This document shows positions 1 to 9,695 of a DNA stretch of 30,817 nt, piece by piece (the first letter of the stretch is position 1; every line of letters begins with the position of its first letter). Location: positions 1 through 30,817 of the forward strand of contig JBLFWS010000022.1 in the NCBI GenBank assembly GCA_047611865.1. The letters are read 5' to 3'. Source of the stretch: Chlamydiales bacterium (GTDB lineage: Bacteria; Chlamydiota; Chlamydiia; Chlamydiales; JBDQID01). The position numbers and the translations under genes were made by a program. The notes below the pieces were generated by a model. The model ran no database searches, was not told the DNA's origin, and was given only the letters and a program-made list of their open reading frames with translations.

Positions 1-217
1 GGTGCTGCTTTCTTCTTGGCTGCTACCTTTTTCTTAGGTGCTGCTTTCTTAGCTGCCACCTTTTTCTTAGGTGCTGCTTTCTTAGCTGCCACCTTTTTCT
101 TAGGTGCTGCTTTCTTAGCTGCTACCTTTTTCTTAGGTGCTGCTTTCTTAGCTGCTACCCTTTTCTTAGGTGCTGCTTTCTTAGCTGCTACCTTTTTCTT
201 AGGCGCTGCTTTCTTCG
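1..217. repeat. 33-bp tandem coding repeat (KKAAPKKKVAA unit), about 6.5 copies visible
   Basis: Unit ttcttaggtgctgctttcttagctgcYaccttt repeats with a 33-nt period. Confidence 0.9.
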
Positions 218-290
218 CCGCAGGTTTCTTTGCAACCTTACGCACGACTTTCTTAGCAGCCTTTTTCTTTGTAGCTTTTATAACACTCAT
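1..290 (-). CDS. Histone H1-like (Hc2/HctB-like) Lys/Ala/Pro-rich DNA-binding protein, 3' end outside the window
   Basis: Minus strand from ATG at 290 (AAGGGG upstream) reads MSVIKATKKKAAKKVVRKVAKKPAAKKAAPKKKVAAKKAAPKKRVAAKKAAPKKKVAA... with no stop before the window edge. The + strand ORF 16..336 is its antisense shadow. Confidence 0.85.
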   Translation of the reverse strand, partial: MSVIKATKKKAAKKVVRKVAKKPAAKKAAPKKKVAAKKAAPKKRVAAKKAAPKKKVAAKKAAPKKKVAAKKAAPKKKVAAKKAAPKKKVAAKKKAA

Positions 291-757
291 AGCAATAATT
301 CCCCTTAAGTTTAGATCGTATAAATACAATCTATGATAGAGACTGTTTTTTGTTTGCACTCTTGCATAACGACAAGCCTCAGACGTTATGCATTCCTACC
401 TCTATGATTTCAAAATTTTAATATAATATATATAGTTTTTTTAGGCTCTTAATAAATTTCCATTATTGTCTTAATAATCTTTTTGCAAACACTCTATATT
501 TCTTTTACATTTCAAGAAATAGGGGAAAGTCGCCCTCAGATATAACAGCGAATAGGAAAAGCATTATTTCTATAATTTATCTATATTCAAAATCGTTAAC
601 CGAAAGTAGGATATGTCTGAAAGTTTTAAGCCATTATATACATAAAAAGTCATCAGATAGAGCAAAATTGTCGCAATTAAAATGATTTTCCAAACATTTT
701 TTTTGCAAAATTCCACCAAAGCAACAACTATTTATTTTTTTCATTTTTTTTTAAAAA

Positions 758-816
758 AAGTGTTTCTAGATCTAGAAACACTTGAGTTTGACATATAGAA
801 AAACTCTTGTTAGCGT
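758..816 (+). promoter_or_regulatory. Perfect 26-bp palindrome followed by a sigma70/66-like promoter
   Basis: aagtgtttctagatctagaaacactt (758-783), TTGACA (788-793), 17-nt spacer, TAGCGT (811-816), all upstream of the CDS at 862. Confidence 0.5.
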
Positions 817-861
817 ATTATTCGCTGCTAATTTAGGCTATTATTTTTACTGGAGAAAAGT

Positions 862-1716
862 ATGACCTGTCACCCAACTAATCTCTCAACGATAATCACA
901 ACACCTTTTCGAAACCCCCGAAAAAGACAACGTGAGGACGATTCTTCTTGTTCTCTACTTAGTCAAAGAATGAGGCTACCCCCCCCTTTTGAGGACGCTA
1001 GCCAATCTAATAGGTCTCATTTTCCCGATTTTTCTTTCGCTCCCAGCTTGCTATTTTCTTCATTCGATCCAGGCTCCTTACAAAACGAAATCACTTCGCT
1101 TTCTGGATCTCAATCATCTTCTATTAAGACACTCCTTAGCAAAATTTGCAGGCAGCAAGAGCTTATTCTCCAAAAGCTGGAGAAACAAAGCCAAGTCCTA
1201 GAAAATCAAGAACGAATTTTAGAAGAATTGAGAAGTGAACACACTCTTTTTACTTCTCGAGGCTGTGATTACTTAAATGCCGGAAGGCTTGAAGAGGCCC
1301 TCAATGAGTTTAATAGCGCCCTTTCCCGTCACCCCACAGATTCCTACACTTTGACTAAACGGGGAGAGGTATTTTTCAAACTATCAAGTTTAGAACGTGC
1401 TGAGCACGATTTTACAGAAGCCTTAAAATTTGATGGGAAAAATCAGCCTGCTCTAATTAAACTGGCTGAAATCAAGATCTCTAATGAAGAAATTGAGGAT
1501 GCACTGCAACTCCTGAACAATCTTTTACTGCAGTCTCCCGATCATATTGAAGCCTTAACTTTAAGAGGAAAAATTCATCGAATTATGGGGACTTATGGCA
1601 GCTCCTTAGAAGATATCGAACACGCCCTGGCAATTTCTCCCAACAATCCGATCGCATCCGAAGAACGCCAACTTTCCCTAAGTAAGCATATGGATAGCTT
1701 AGGCTTTTACTGTTAG
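862..1716 (+). CDS. TPR-repeat protein with Ser-rich N-terminus and coiled coil
   Basis: About four TPR-like units (e.g. RGCDYLNAGRLEEALNEFNSAL, RGEVFFKLSSLERAEHDFTEAL, RGKIHRIMGTYGSSLEDIEHAL). GGAGA RBS upstream. Confidence 0.85.
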   Translation: MTCHPTNLSTIITTPFRNPRKRQREDDSSCSLLSQRMRLPPPFEDASQSNRSHFPDFSFAPSLLFSSFDPGSLQNEITSLSGSQSSSIKTLLSKICRQQELILQKLEKQSQVLENQERILEELRSEHTLFTSRGCDYLNAGRLEEALNEFNSALSRHPTDSYTLTKRGEVFFKLSSLERAEHDFTEALKFDGKNQPALIKLAEIKISNEEIEDALQLLNNLLLQSPDHIEALTLRGKIHRIMGTYGSSLEDIEHALAISPNNPIASEERQLSLSKHMDSLGFYC

Positions 1717-1951
1717 GATTTATATTTTCGTAAAAGAAAGTTCTCTTGGGTCAATACGAAAGATACGGTGTCCAGCTATTTTTTTTAAAAATTACAAGAT
1801 AAAAGCCTACCAGGAAATGGACCTGGCCTCTGGTTTAGGCGGAGTCATATCGCCTCCTTGACCTATCATACCTATTATGCTTAGTAAAATATGGCTTTCG
1901 CTTCTTTTCTTGAAAAAATCTCTAGCTCCTTTTCTACCCTCTACATGAGAC

Positions 1952-2326
1952 CTAATCCAAACCCCTGGGTAACAATGAGGCTTTTATAGCTACCCGATGA
2001 ACTGGATTTGTAACCCCGCTAAGAGAAGCTTCAAGATCCTTTTTAAGACGAGAAATTATTTTTCCCCCAATATTTTTAGCTTCAGTTAACTTGAACACTT
2101 GAGGATCGTGAAAACTTGATCTCAAATGGGGGTATTTCTTTTCTATGAACGCAGCCGCCTCATCGAGAGCTTCAGTCTTATCATCAATATTCATTTCATG
2201 GTTTTGATCAAAGCTAAATACAATCCGGGTAATAGTATCTGGCTCCTTACCTAAAGCTTTGGATTTTGCATTAGAGTCAAGATTTAAGAGCTCTACGGTT
2301 TCTCCGCTAACTTCAATAAATGACAT
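1952..2326 (-). CDS. Hypothetical protein, possibly N-terminally interrupted
   Basis: 124-aa ORF. The same frame extends upstream to an RBS-preceded ATG at 2425, interrupted only by a TGA at 2411-2413. Confidence 0.55.
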   Translation of the reverse strand: MSFIEVSGETVELLNLDSNAKSKALGKEPDTITRIVFSFDQNHEMNIDDKTEALDEAAAFIEKKYPHLRSSFHDPQVFKLTEAKNIGGKIISRLKKDLEASLSGVTNPVHRVAIKASLLPRGLD

Positions 2327-2510
2327 ATTATCAAATGCTTTAAGTGAAAAACTTTGCTCTACATCTTCAGAAGTTCTAGGAACAAACTTACTATTTTCGA
2401 AAGAATGGAATCACATTGGCTGCATAAATGTCTCCCGTTTGAAAATTTATACACCTATTGTATCGATATATAAGTGAAAAATATTTAGTCATTACTCCTC
2501 AAATTTCTAC

Positions 2511-3605
2511 TCATACAAAAATAAGTTCTTTCATAAAGGGAAATTCTAGTTGTAACTCAGACCTTCCTACTCCTCCCTTTTCGAAAAGATGAGAAATTGA
2601 TATGCCAAGGAGCCTAACTTTTCTTTCTCCCGCTTCTGTTTTTTCAAGCAACTTGCTTATGTGATTTATAATTATAGAGCTTTCATTAACAGCTTTTGGA
2701 AGGGTTACACTTCTCGTTACCAGACTAAAATCGGCATACTTAATCTTTAGCGTAACGGTTCTTCCTTTAGTCAATTTCCTTTTCAAGAGTAATTCTAAGT
2801 TTTCCGCGATACCCTTTAAAATCATCATCATCTCGTGTACGTCATCAAGGTCTTGAGAAAGAGTTGTTTCTTTTCCAATAGACTTTCTTTCTCTACATGG
2901 GTTAACAGGTCTATCATCTATGCCATGAGCCACCTCATAATAGTATTGTCCTGCCTTACCAAAATGGTAAATCAACTCTTCTTTTTCATACTTCTTCAGA
3001 TCTCCACCAGTGCATATTCCCATCCTTTTCATCTTTTCCTCTGTCACCTTGCCTATTCCATAAAACTTTCGGATAGCTAAGTTATTCAAAAAATGAATCG
3101 ATTCCTCCGGTGTTATCGTCAAGCTGCCATTAGGCTTATTAATGTCTGAGGCTACCTTTGCCAAAAACTTATTATAAGAAACTCCCGTAGAAGCTGTTAA
3201 TCCTGTTCTCTTAAAAATAGTTTCTCTTATTTCTACTGCAAGAAATGTTGCCGACGGATTCGATCTCTTATTTTCTGTTACATCTAAGTAGGCCTCATCA
3301 AGAGAAAGAGGCTCTACAAGATCTGTATAATCAAAGAATATTTCCATGATCTCCTGAGATACAACACGATATTGATCAAAACGAGAAGGCAAAAAGATCG
3401 CATCAGGACAAAGCCTATAGGCTTGGCTAGAAGACATTGCCGAGTGTACTCCGTATTTCCTGGCTTCGTAGGAACATGCTGCCACAACACCTCTACTTCG
3501 AGGATCTCCACCAACAATTACGGGCTTTCCTTTTAAAGATGGATTGTCCCGTTGCTCTATTGAAGCATAAAAGGCGTCCATATCTACGTGTATGATCTTT
3601 CTCAA
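2511..3605 (-). CDS. dinB: DNA polymerase IV (Y family)
   Basis: IIHVDMDAFYASIEQRD, CSYEARKYGVHSAM, EPLSLDEAYLD and NKFLAKVASDINKPNG motifs. TTG start with GAGG RBS. Confidence 0.97.
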   Translation of the reverse strand: MRKIIHVDMDAFYASIEQRDNPSLKGKPVIVGGDPRSRGVVAACSYEARKYGVHSAMSSSQAYRLCPDAIFLPSRFDQYRVVSQEIMEIFFDYTDLVEPLSLDEAYLDVTENKRSNPSATFLAVEIRETIFKRTGLTASTGVSYNKFLAKVASDINKPNGSLTITPEESIHFLNNLAIRKFYGIGKVTEEKMKRMGICTGGDLKKYEKEELIYHFGKAGQYYYEVAHGIDDRPVNPCRERKSIGKETTLSQDLDDVHEMMMILKGIAENLELLLKRKLTKGRTVTLKIKYADFSLVTRSVTLPKAVNESSIIINHISKLLEKTEAGERKVRLLGISISHLFEKGGVGRSELQLEFPFMKELIFV

Positions 3606-3847
3606 GAAACCTCTCTAGAAAAGCCCAGTCAAGCTTTGGCGTCTTCTTTTATTGACGAGAATAACGGAAATAAGTGATTTTACAACAGTCACTATAGCCT
3701 GATCGCCCACAAACTTCGATCATGCCATAAATCCAGGTATTCGCCAATGATACAGATATTGTACAGATGAAGGTATAGCTGCGTTCAATGGGCAAATTTG
3801 GGTAACAATCCAGGTCAAGGATCTCCATTGATAATAAGGAATAATTT

Positions 3848-4036
3848 ATGAAGTGTTTGAGACTTTTAATTTTAACAGGAATTATTTTTCAACTCTCTAG
3901 CTGTGTTCTAACAAAGGCTCTTACCGTCCCCATGCGAGTTGCTGGAGCTGGTATTTCAATAGTCCCCGTTCTTGGTAATGTTGTAGACAAGGCCATTGAT
4001 ACAAGTGCCGACATTATTGATAAAGCACCTATTTGA
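3848..4036 (+). CDS. Small putative lipoprotein (resembles DUF6726, from recall)
   Basis: AAGGA RBS, basic N-terminus, hydrophobic stretch, lipobox LSSC, then TVPMRVAGAGISIVPVLG. Confidence 0.7.
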   Translation: MKCLRLLILTGIIFQLSSCVLTKALTVPMRVAGAGISIVPVLGNVVDKAIDTSADIIDKAPI

Positions 4037-4066
4037 AGCATAGGGCTCCCTATCTTCCATTAAGTG

Positions 4067-5422
4067 CTATGCAGTGCTTTTTATTGTGAGAGTGATAGCT
4101 TGTGCTTCATATTCAAAGACCTGATGTACCGATTTTGACACCCCAGTAAACAGACTGGTAAATTCCTCTTTGCTGCTATCTTCTTCGGAAAGCATCCCAC
4201 GAATCATACTTTTCAAAGCGTCCACTGTAGCATTCTCCAGATCATCTTCAGGGCTTTCCTCCCCTGTTTTTTGAATCAGAGTTTCTTTCTCATCTTCATT
4301 CATCGACTCAAAGATATTTCCAATCACTTCAAAAGCCATTTTAATCATACTGCTTGCTTCTTCAAATTGGGGGAATTCTTCAAGGAACTCTGAATCCATA
4401 TTTTCCCCCTTATTAAGAGAGCCTATAACTTGTCCCATGGCAAACAACTTTTCCATAAGAAGAAGAAGCATAAGAATTACCAATAAAAGAATAAATTCTA
4501 AAAGTTTGATCATCTCAGTGGTCTCTTCCATTTCATCCGTCATATAAGCAAGAATATCTTTAATAGCATCGACCACTGTTTCAGAAAATTTAGTCGGAGA
4601 TAGATTTTGACAGAGCTTAGGGTCTGTCTGTCCAAGGATGTTATCAAATTCCTCTTCAGGAACAATGCCTGTGAATTCTGTATCCTCAAAGCCCGAAGAG
4701 TTCAAGCCCAACAAAACGCCAGCCAGCACATTCCGAATTGGCTTATCCAGCTCCTCTGGAATTCCCATTTCTCTCATCCAGTCTTTTAGTGGGCTGCCTT
4801 CATCATACAATCGAAACAACAAGTCAAGTCGCTCTACGGCCGCTGCAAGAAAAGCTAAAATTCTGGCCATTTTGAACAGTGAAGCTTTATGCACTCCCAT
4901 ATCCTGAGTATCAGTCTTGGTCACCGTAGAAACAATTTGCAGGCTACGCTCTACTCGTATATTTGTTTGGGTGACATAAAGCTGGCTCCTTACATTTGAT
5001 ATTTCCTCTGAGCCTAATTGAACAAGGCTTATGGTATTGGATCTTTGTAATTCAAAGCTGTTCAGTGTTGACTGTCCTTGCATTTGAAGAAGCTCTTCAC
5101 TTTTAACCGTCTCACTCTCTTCAAAATGTGCAATTTGCAATACCGAACTCATCGTTCCTCGAGCGTCCTGATGAATATCAGTACCAGCTTGTACGGGAGG
5201 TAATGCGGGGCGTAAAGTCTTGCTCGCTTCAACTTTTTGCGAACTCGATGTATCGGAACCCTTTTGCTGCGTAGATCGGAGACGGCCTCTCTGAGCTCTT
5301 TCAGTTTCTATCCTGGCTGCTCGCTTTCTCGCTGCAGAACTTGGAACATACCCTTCAACCATTTTATCCATCTGGTCAAATCTGGAGCTGTCCATCTCGA
5401 CCTTTTCAATCGGCATACTCAT
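4067..5422 (-). CDS. Putative type III secretion translocator/substrate (CopB/YopB-like position)
   Basis: Lies 18 nt downstream of the SycD-family chaperone. Mostly helical with a Ser/Gln-rich N-terminus and one strong hydrophobic segment (LLEFILLLVILMLLLLM). Function is inferred from context only. Confidence 0.55.
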   Translation of the reverse strand: MSMPIEKVEMDSSRFDQMDKMVEGYVPSSAARKRAARIETERAQRGRLRSTQQKGSDTSSSQKVEASKTLRPALPPVQAGTDIHQDARGTMSSVLQIAHFEESETVKSEELLQMQGQSTLNSFELQRSNTISLVQLGSEEISNVRSQLYVTQTNIRVERSLQIVSTVTKTDTQDMGVHKASLFKMARILAFLAAAVERLDLLFRLYDEGSPLKDWMREMGIPEELDKPIRNVLAGVLLGLNSSGFEDTEFTGIVPEEEFDNILGQTDPKLCQNLSPTKFSETVVDAIKDILAYMTDEMEETTEMIKLLEFILLLVILMLLLLMEKLFAMGQVIGSLNKGENMDSEFLEEFPQFEEASSMIKMAFEVIGNIFESMNEDEKETLIQKTGEESPEDDLENATVDALKSMIRGMLSEEDSSKEEFTSLFTGVSKSVHQVFEYEAQAITLTIKSTA

Positions 5423-5440
5423 GGCTTTCTCCCCTCTCTT

Positions 5441-6085
5441 TTAGTCTTCTGCTATTTCATTCCGATTGATTTTATCAATCAGGCGAACTTTGGCTAAGGC
5501 ACATCGCTCTTTAAGACCTGCGTATTCTTCGTGGTTTCCAGCAATTTCAACAGCCATTCCTAGAGAAACGCAAGCTGAAACAGGATCCCCCATTCTCATA
5601 TAACATTCTGCTGCATGGAAATGCGACCAAGGGTACTTGAGGTCTAAAGTAGAAGCCATCTGATACGTAGTTGCTGCAATGAAATACTTTTCCTGTTCTT
5701 GCAAACATGCAGCTAAACCGAATAGGAATTTAAAATCAAAATGGTCGATCATAATTAGCAAGCGGAACATCTTTTGTGCTTCATCGTATTTGGCGTTGTC
5801 ATACAATGTTTTTGCGATCACATAAAGAACCTCTATATCTTTTGAAGAAATCCCTAAAGCTTGCTTCGCTGGAATTCCTGTATCCTTGGATACATGCCTA
5901 AAAATAGCTGATACAAATTTTTGCACGTCGCTAGGTGAATTGCCATCTTGACTAAGGTGCGCTTCGACGTCTCTTAACAAATCCTTTAATCCTGTCCCCA
6001 TATCTGCACTTTTAACATCACCCATATCAATCAAAAGATCAGGCATTATGTCTCTAAGGCTTAAGATCTTGGTGGATTTCCCCAT
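5441..6085 (-). CDS. SycD/LcrH-family type III secretion translocator chaperone
   Basis: IEVLYVIAKTLYDNAKYDEAQKMFRLLIMIDH...FLFGLAACLQEQEKY...PWSHFHAAECYMRMG is the class II chaperone TPR pattern. Confidence 0.9.
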   Translation of the reverse strand: MGKSTKILSLRDIMPDLLIDMGDVKSADMGTGLKDLLRDVEAHLSQDGNSPSDVQKFVSAIFRHVSKDTGIPAKQALGISSKDIEVLYVIAKTLYDNAKYDEAQKMFRLLIMIDHFDFKFLFGLAACLQEQEKYFIAATTYQMASTLDLKYPWSHFHAAECYMRMGDPVSACVSLGMAVEIAGNHEEYAGLKERCALAKVRLIDKINRNEIAED

Positions 6086-6339
6086 CCTTTCTCCAATTTA
6101 ATAAGGTTAAAGCAAAGAAAAACAACGGTAAATAGAATCATTACAACCTACCACAATTACATTACTATTATACTACAAGTTATCTATATATATAATATTT
6201 TATTTTCATAAAATAATATCAAGCCGTTAACTAGACTGCACTTCCGCAAGTCTTTTTAATTCAACTTAAAAAGAAGTTAAGTAAATAATATTTATATTGG
6301 GCATAATAAGTACTAATACTATAGTTAGTAGAGGGTACG

Positions 6340-8373
6340 ATGTCTTTACGCCATGTCAAAGTACAAGCAGAGAATAAAGAGCAGGCTTTAGAAAAAGCCG
6401 AAGGACTTTTAAATACTGATCCAGGCAACATCTATCTCGAAGAGCTTTCAGATCAAGAATTTGCAGCTCAGCTCATTAATGCTGACGCCGAAATTTTTAT
6501 TAAGGTCAACGAAGAAAGTATGACTGCTTCCATAGAAAGAGTTCATCCTCACAGCGGAAATGGAAAACAACTTTCCTTAAAACTCTTAATAAAAAGCTTA
6601 GAGAAAGCTGGCATTGGAGTTGACTTTGACAAGGAAGCCGCCTCTATTTTTCTTGAATACACAGAATGCAATGAAGATGTAAGGGGCCTTATTGTAGCAC
6701 GAGGAATTGACATCAAGCCTGGTAGAGATGCAGAACTCATGATAATAGGTGATTTATCCTATCCTGTATTTCCCGGAGATATCTTCATTAGAAAAATTCC
6801 TGTCATTCCAGCAAAATCCGGAATAGACCTTAGCGGTGCCCCAATTTATCCATCAGATTTTGACCAACCTCTAGACATTCGGCTTCAAGATACTGATGAA
6901 TTCTCTTTTGATGCAGAAAGAGGGGTCCTTGTTTCCAAAGTTTACGGACTTGCAATAGTTCAGGATAAGATCGTTTCCATTGAGCCATTACTCGAAATTC
7001 ATGAAGAAAGAATGTGTGCTCACCTCATTGTCACAAGCAAAGATTTTAAAGGTAAGGAAATAAACACAGAGATACTAGTTAAATTCTTAAAAGAAAAAGG
7101 AATAAATACAGTAAACAACCTAGAAACATCAATAAAGTCGGCTCTAAAAAAACTTCGTAAAACAAATCAGGCACAAGAAAAAATTATCGCCGCTTTAGGC
7201 ATCCCTCCCCGACCTGGAAAAGACAGCTACCTTCATCTAAAAGGAAAGTTAGAAAAAGAGATAGGAAAAGAGCGTGAAGATGGAAGCATGGATTACCATG
7301 ATCGAGGCGAGGTTTGGTGTGTCGACAAGGGAGATTTGATTGGCTATATCGTCCCCTTTGTCGAAGGTCGGCCAGGCGTCGATATTTTTGGAAATCCTAC
7401 TGATGTTCCACATGTAAACAAATGTTTTATTAAAGCTGGAGACAATGTCAGTGTCAGTGAAAACCAAGAAACAATGGAATACTTTGCAGATGATGAAGGA
7501 ATGGTGGTCTTCTCCCAGCAAACTCTTTCCGTTCTTCCTAGCTTCGAAATTGACGGAAATATTGATAACTATACTGGAGATATCGAATCATCCCGTGGCT
7601 CTGTAATCGTAAAAGGGTCGGTTCTGACTGGATTTACCATAACGTGCCCGGGGAATATTGTCGTAGAAGAAGTGGTGGAAGGTGCTGTTCTCACAGCTGG
7701 AGGCTCCATCAATATTCATGGTGGTGCTGTAATGGGATATCAGGGAGAAGTTAGGGCCGAGGGGGATATTGCTGCTCACTTTGCCACCAATGCCCGTGTC
7801 TTCTCCAGTAGGAATCTATACATTGGCTCCGCACTGACAAACAGTGAGGCCCAAGCTGGGGAAAAAGTCGTTTGTACTGACGGACCAGGTGTTATCCGCG
7901 GCGGAAGCACACATGCTGGAACATGCATTGAGGCCAACGAAATCGGCTCAGAATCAGGTGTACCCACCCTTGTAGCTTTAGATATTGTTTGTGACAACTA
8001 CAATAAGGATCTCGAGGCTCAAAAAGATCTGGAGGCCAAAGTGGATAAAATCTTAACAGCATTTGGCGACAAGGACCTCAACAAACTTTTACTTGAGCTC
8101 TCATCGGAAAAAGCGTCTAAAATAAAGATTTTAATGGCGTCATTAAAGCACTCAAACGATCGTTTGAAAGACCTTAGTGAATCGATTCAAGAAGCTCAAA
8201 ATGAATTCTGGTCCGGTCTAGGCAAACGCATCATCGTCAACAAAATGCTTCATGCAAATACCACTATACGATTTGGAAAAGACCACGTTCTAAAGGTCAA
8301 CGATCCCGTCCCTCGCTGTATGATTTATTTCGACCATACACTGAAAAAAATTCGTATAGCTCCGCTAGATTAA
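6340..8373 (+). CDS. FapA / DUF342-family protein
   Basis: Two DUF342 N-terminal-like blocks (IVARGIDIKPGRDA; IAALGIPPRPGKDS...DGSMDYHDRG...GRPGVDIFG), a beta-helix region (IDGNIDNYTGDI...VIVKGSV...GGSINIHGG) and a C-terminal coiled coil. Confidence 0.85.
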   Translation: MSLRHVKVQAENKEQALEKAEGLLNTDPGNIYLEELSDQEFAAQLINADAEIFIKVNEESMTASIERVHPHSGNGKQLSLKLLIKSLEKAGIGVDFDKEAASIFLEYTECNEDVRGLIVARGIDIKPGRDAELMIIGDLSYPVFPGDIFIRKIPVIPAKSGIDLSGAPIYPSDFDQPLDIRLQDTDEFSFDAERGVLVSKVYGLAIVQDKIVSIEPLLEIHEERMCAHLIVTSKDFKGKEINTEILVKFLKEKGINTVNNLETSIKSALKKLRKTNQAQEKIIAALGIPPRPGKDSYLHLKGKLEKEIGKEREDGSMDYHDRGEVWCVDKGDLIGYIVPFVEGRPGVDIFGNPTDVPHVNKCFIKAGDNVSVSENQETMEYFADDEGMVVFSQQTLSVLPSFEIDGNIDNYTGDIESSRGSVIVKGSVLTGFTITCPGNIVVEEVVEGAVLTAGGSINIHGGAVMGYQGEVRAEGDIAAHFATNARVFSSRNLYIGSALTNSEAQAGEKVVCTDGPGVIRGGSTHAGTCIEANEIGSESGVPTLVALDIVCDNYNKDLEAQKDLEAKVDKILTAFGDKDLNKLLLELSSEKASKIKILMASLKHSNDRLKDLSESIQEAQNEFWSGLGKRIIVNKMLHANTTIRFGKDHVLKVNDPVPRCMIYFDHTLKKIRIAPLD

Positions 8374-8389
8374 AGAAAAGTCTTTCTCA

Positions 8390-8410
8390 CACCGGGTTTA
8401 AAACCCGGTG
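8390..8410. terminator. Hairpin between convergent fapA-like gene and brnQ
   Basis: caccgggttt-a-aaacccggtg inverted repeat. Confidence 0.6.
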
Positions 8411-8425
8411 CAAGCAACCTGCTCT

Positions 8426-9559
8426 TTAGGGTGTGGGCATATAACGCTGAATCAAAGATTTAAGACGTCCACTCTTCAGAAAGTCGAAAGAGCAAAAACT
8501 ACATACCAAATTGATAAAAGTCACAGCTATAAGAAAGGGGTATGAAAACTCAAGGATTGGCCCAAGAATTTTGGCTATACCTGAAAACTCATAAGTAGAC
8601 ACCACAATCGAGATTAAGAGCACAATGGCCATCGCTAAAAGCTCACTAAGCTTCCCATTACACAGATCGTGAACCAGAAAATTTGCAGAAACCTCTGCCA
8701 AAGCAATAGCTGTTGTCAGACATGCGAGAGAGATTGCAACACTTGCCATCAAGCCACCAAAAGGCCCTAGAACTTCAAGAGCTATGTGCATAAGCAGTTG
8801 TTCTGGGGCAATACCGTGTAAAATGTTTCCATATGAAGCACCCAAGAAGGCAAAAGCCACATAAGTAATAGCTAGGAGTCCCATGCCAATCCCACCTGCC
8901 TTTAGAGCACGGTTCAGGTCTATCCCCTCAGGGCTTTCAAAGTAAAGCAGTACGGTTTTTGAGAAGAAAAATGCTGCCAGGAGATCCATTGTATTATATC
9001 CCTGAAAAAATCCCAGCTTAAAGGAGTTCATTGAACTAAGTTCACTGACTGAACTTTGAGGCATTGAAAACAATCCTTTCACAACGATTACAGTAAGAGC
9101 AAATATGAGGCACGGAGTAAGGTAATACCCCAAAATATCTACCAAGCGGCCTTTTTTCATTGAAGCAATAAAGATAAACGCACAGGACAGAATACTAAAA
9201 GGAAGTAAGGGCATATCCGGAAAATACATTGTTACACCAGCATGTGCTATTGTCAGGCATCGCGGAAGAACGCCAAACGGCCCGATCAAGCCTACTATGC
9301 ATGTACAGATGAAAAGATAGGGCCATTTGCCTAGCCAGCCAAAGAAATTCTTATACTCTCCTCGAAAGATGATCATTGCCAATATTCCAAGAAATGGCAT
9401 CGCAATTCCTGTCAAAAGAAGACCGGAAATTGCTGAAAAAGTCTCTGATTGTACACTTTTACCAAGTAAAAGGGGAAAAACCAGGTTTCCTGAGCCGAAA
9501 AACATAGAGAATACAGCAAGGCCGGCTGCAAATGTCTTTGATGAATTCTGTTGTTGCAT
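8426..9559 (-). CDS. brnQ: Branched-chain amino acid transport system II carrier
   Basis: GLAVFSMFFGSGNLVFP, IGPFGVLPR, QGYNTMDLLAAFFF and LACLTTAIAL motifs. Multi-pass membrane protein. Confidence 0.95.
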   Translation of the reverse strand: MQQQNSSKTFAAGLAVFSMFFGSGNLVFPLLLGKSVQSETFSAISGLLLTGIAMPFLGILAMIIFRGEYKNFFGWLGKWPYLFICTCIVGLIGPFGVLPRCLTIAHAGVTMYFPDMPLLPFSILSCAFIFIASMKKGRLVDILGYYLTPCLIFALTVIVVKGLFSMPQSSVSELSSMNSFKLGFFQGYNTMDLLAAFFFSKTVLLYFESPEGIDLNRALKAGGIGMGLLAITYVAFAFLGASYGNILHGIAPEQLLMHIALEVLGPFGGLMASVAISLACLTTAIALAEVSANFLVHDLCNGKLSELLAMAIVLLISIVVSTYEFSGIAKILGPILEFSYPFLIAVTFINLVCSFCSFDFLKSGRLKSLIQRYMPTP

Positions 9560-9695
9560 GTCGTAAAACCTTTTGTATTAAAACATTTATTCACTTATCG
9601 CAGTCTAATTAAACAATATTCATAAGGACTTCTCCAGAAAACCCTCTTTTTAAAATAACTTCAAATTTAATAAGGGAGTTTTTCTTATGCGCGCG

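Noticed and set aside
1..217. Regular 33-bp repeats as a CRISPR array
   Set aside because: Contiguous in-frame coding repeats with no unique spacers and no cas genes.
16..336. + strand ORF of repeated AATFFLGAAFL
   Set aside because: Antisense shadow of the minus-strand Lys/Ala-rich histone-like gene, which has a proper RBS and ATG.
3649..3828. 59-aa minus-strand ORF upstream of dinB, and a possible SOS box
   Set aside because: No RBS or recognisable motif, and it overlaps the likely divergent promoter region. The ctgt/acag words do not form CTGT-N8-ACAG.
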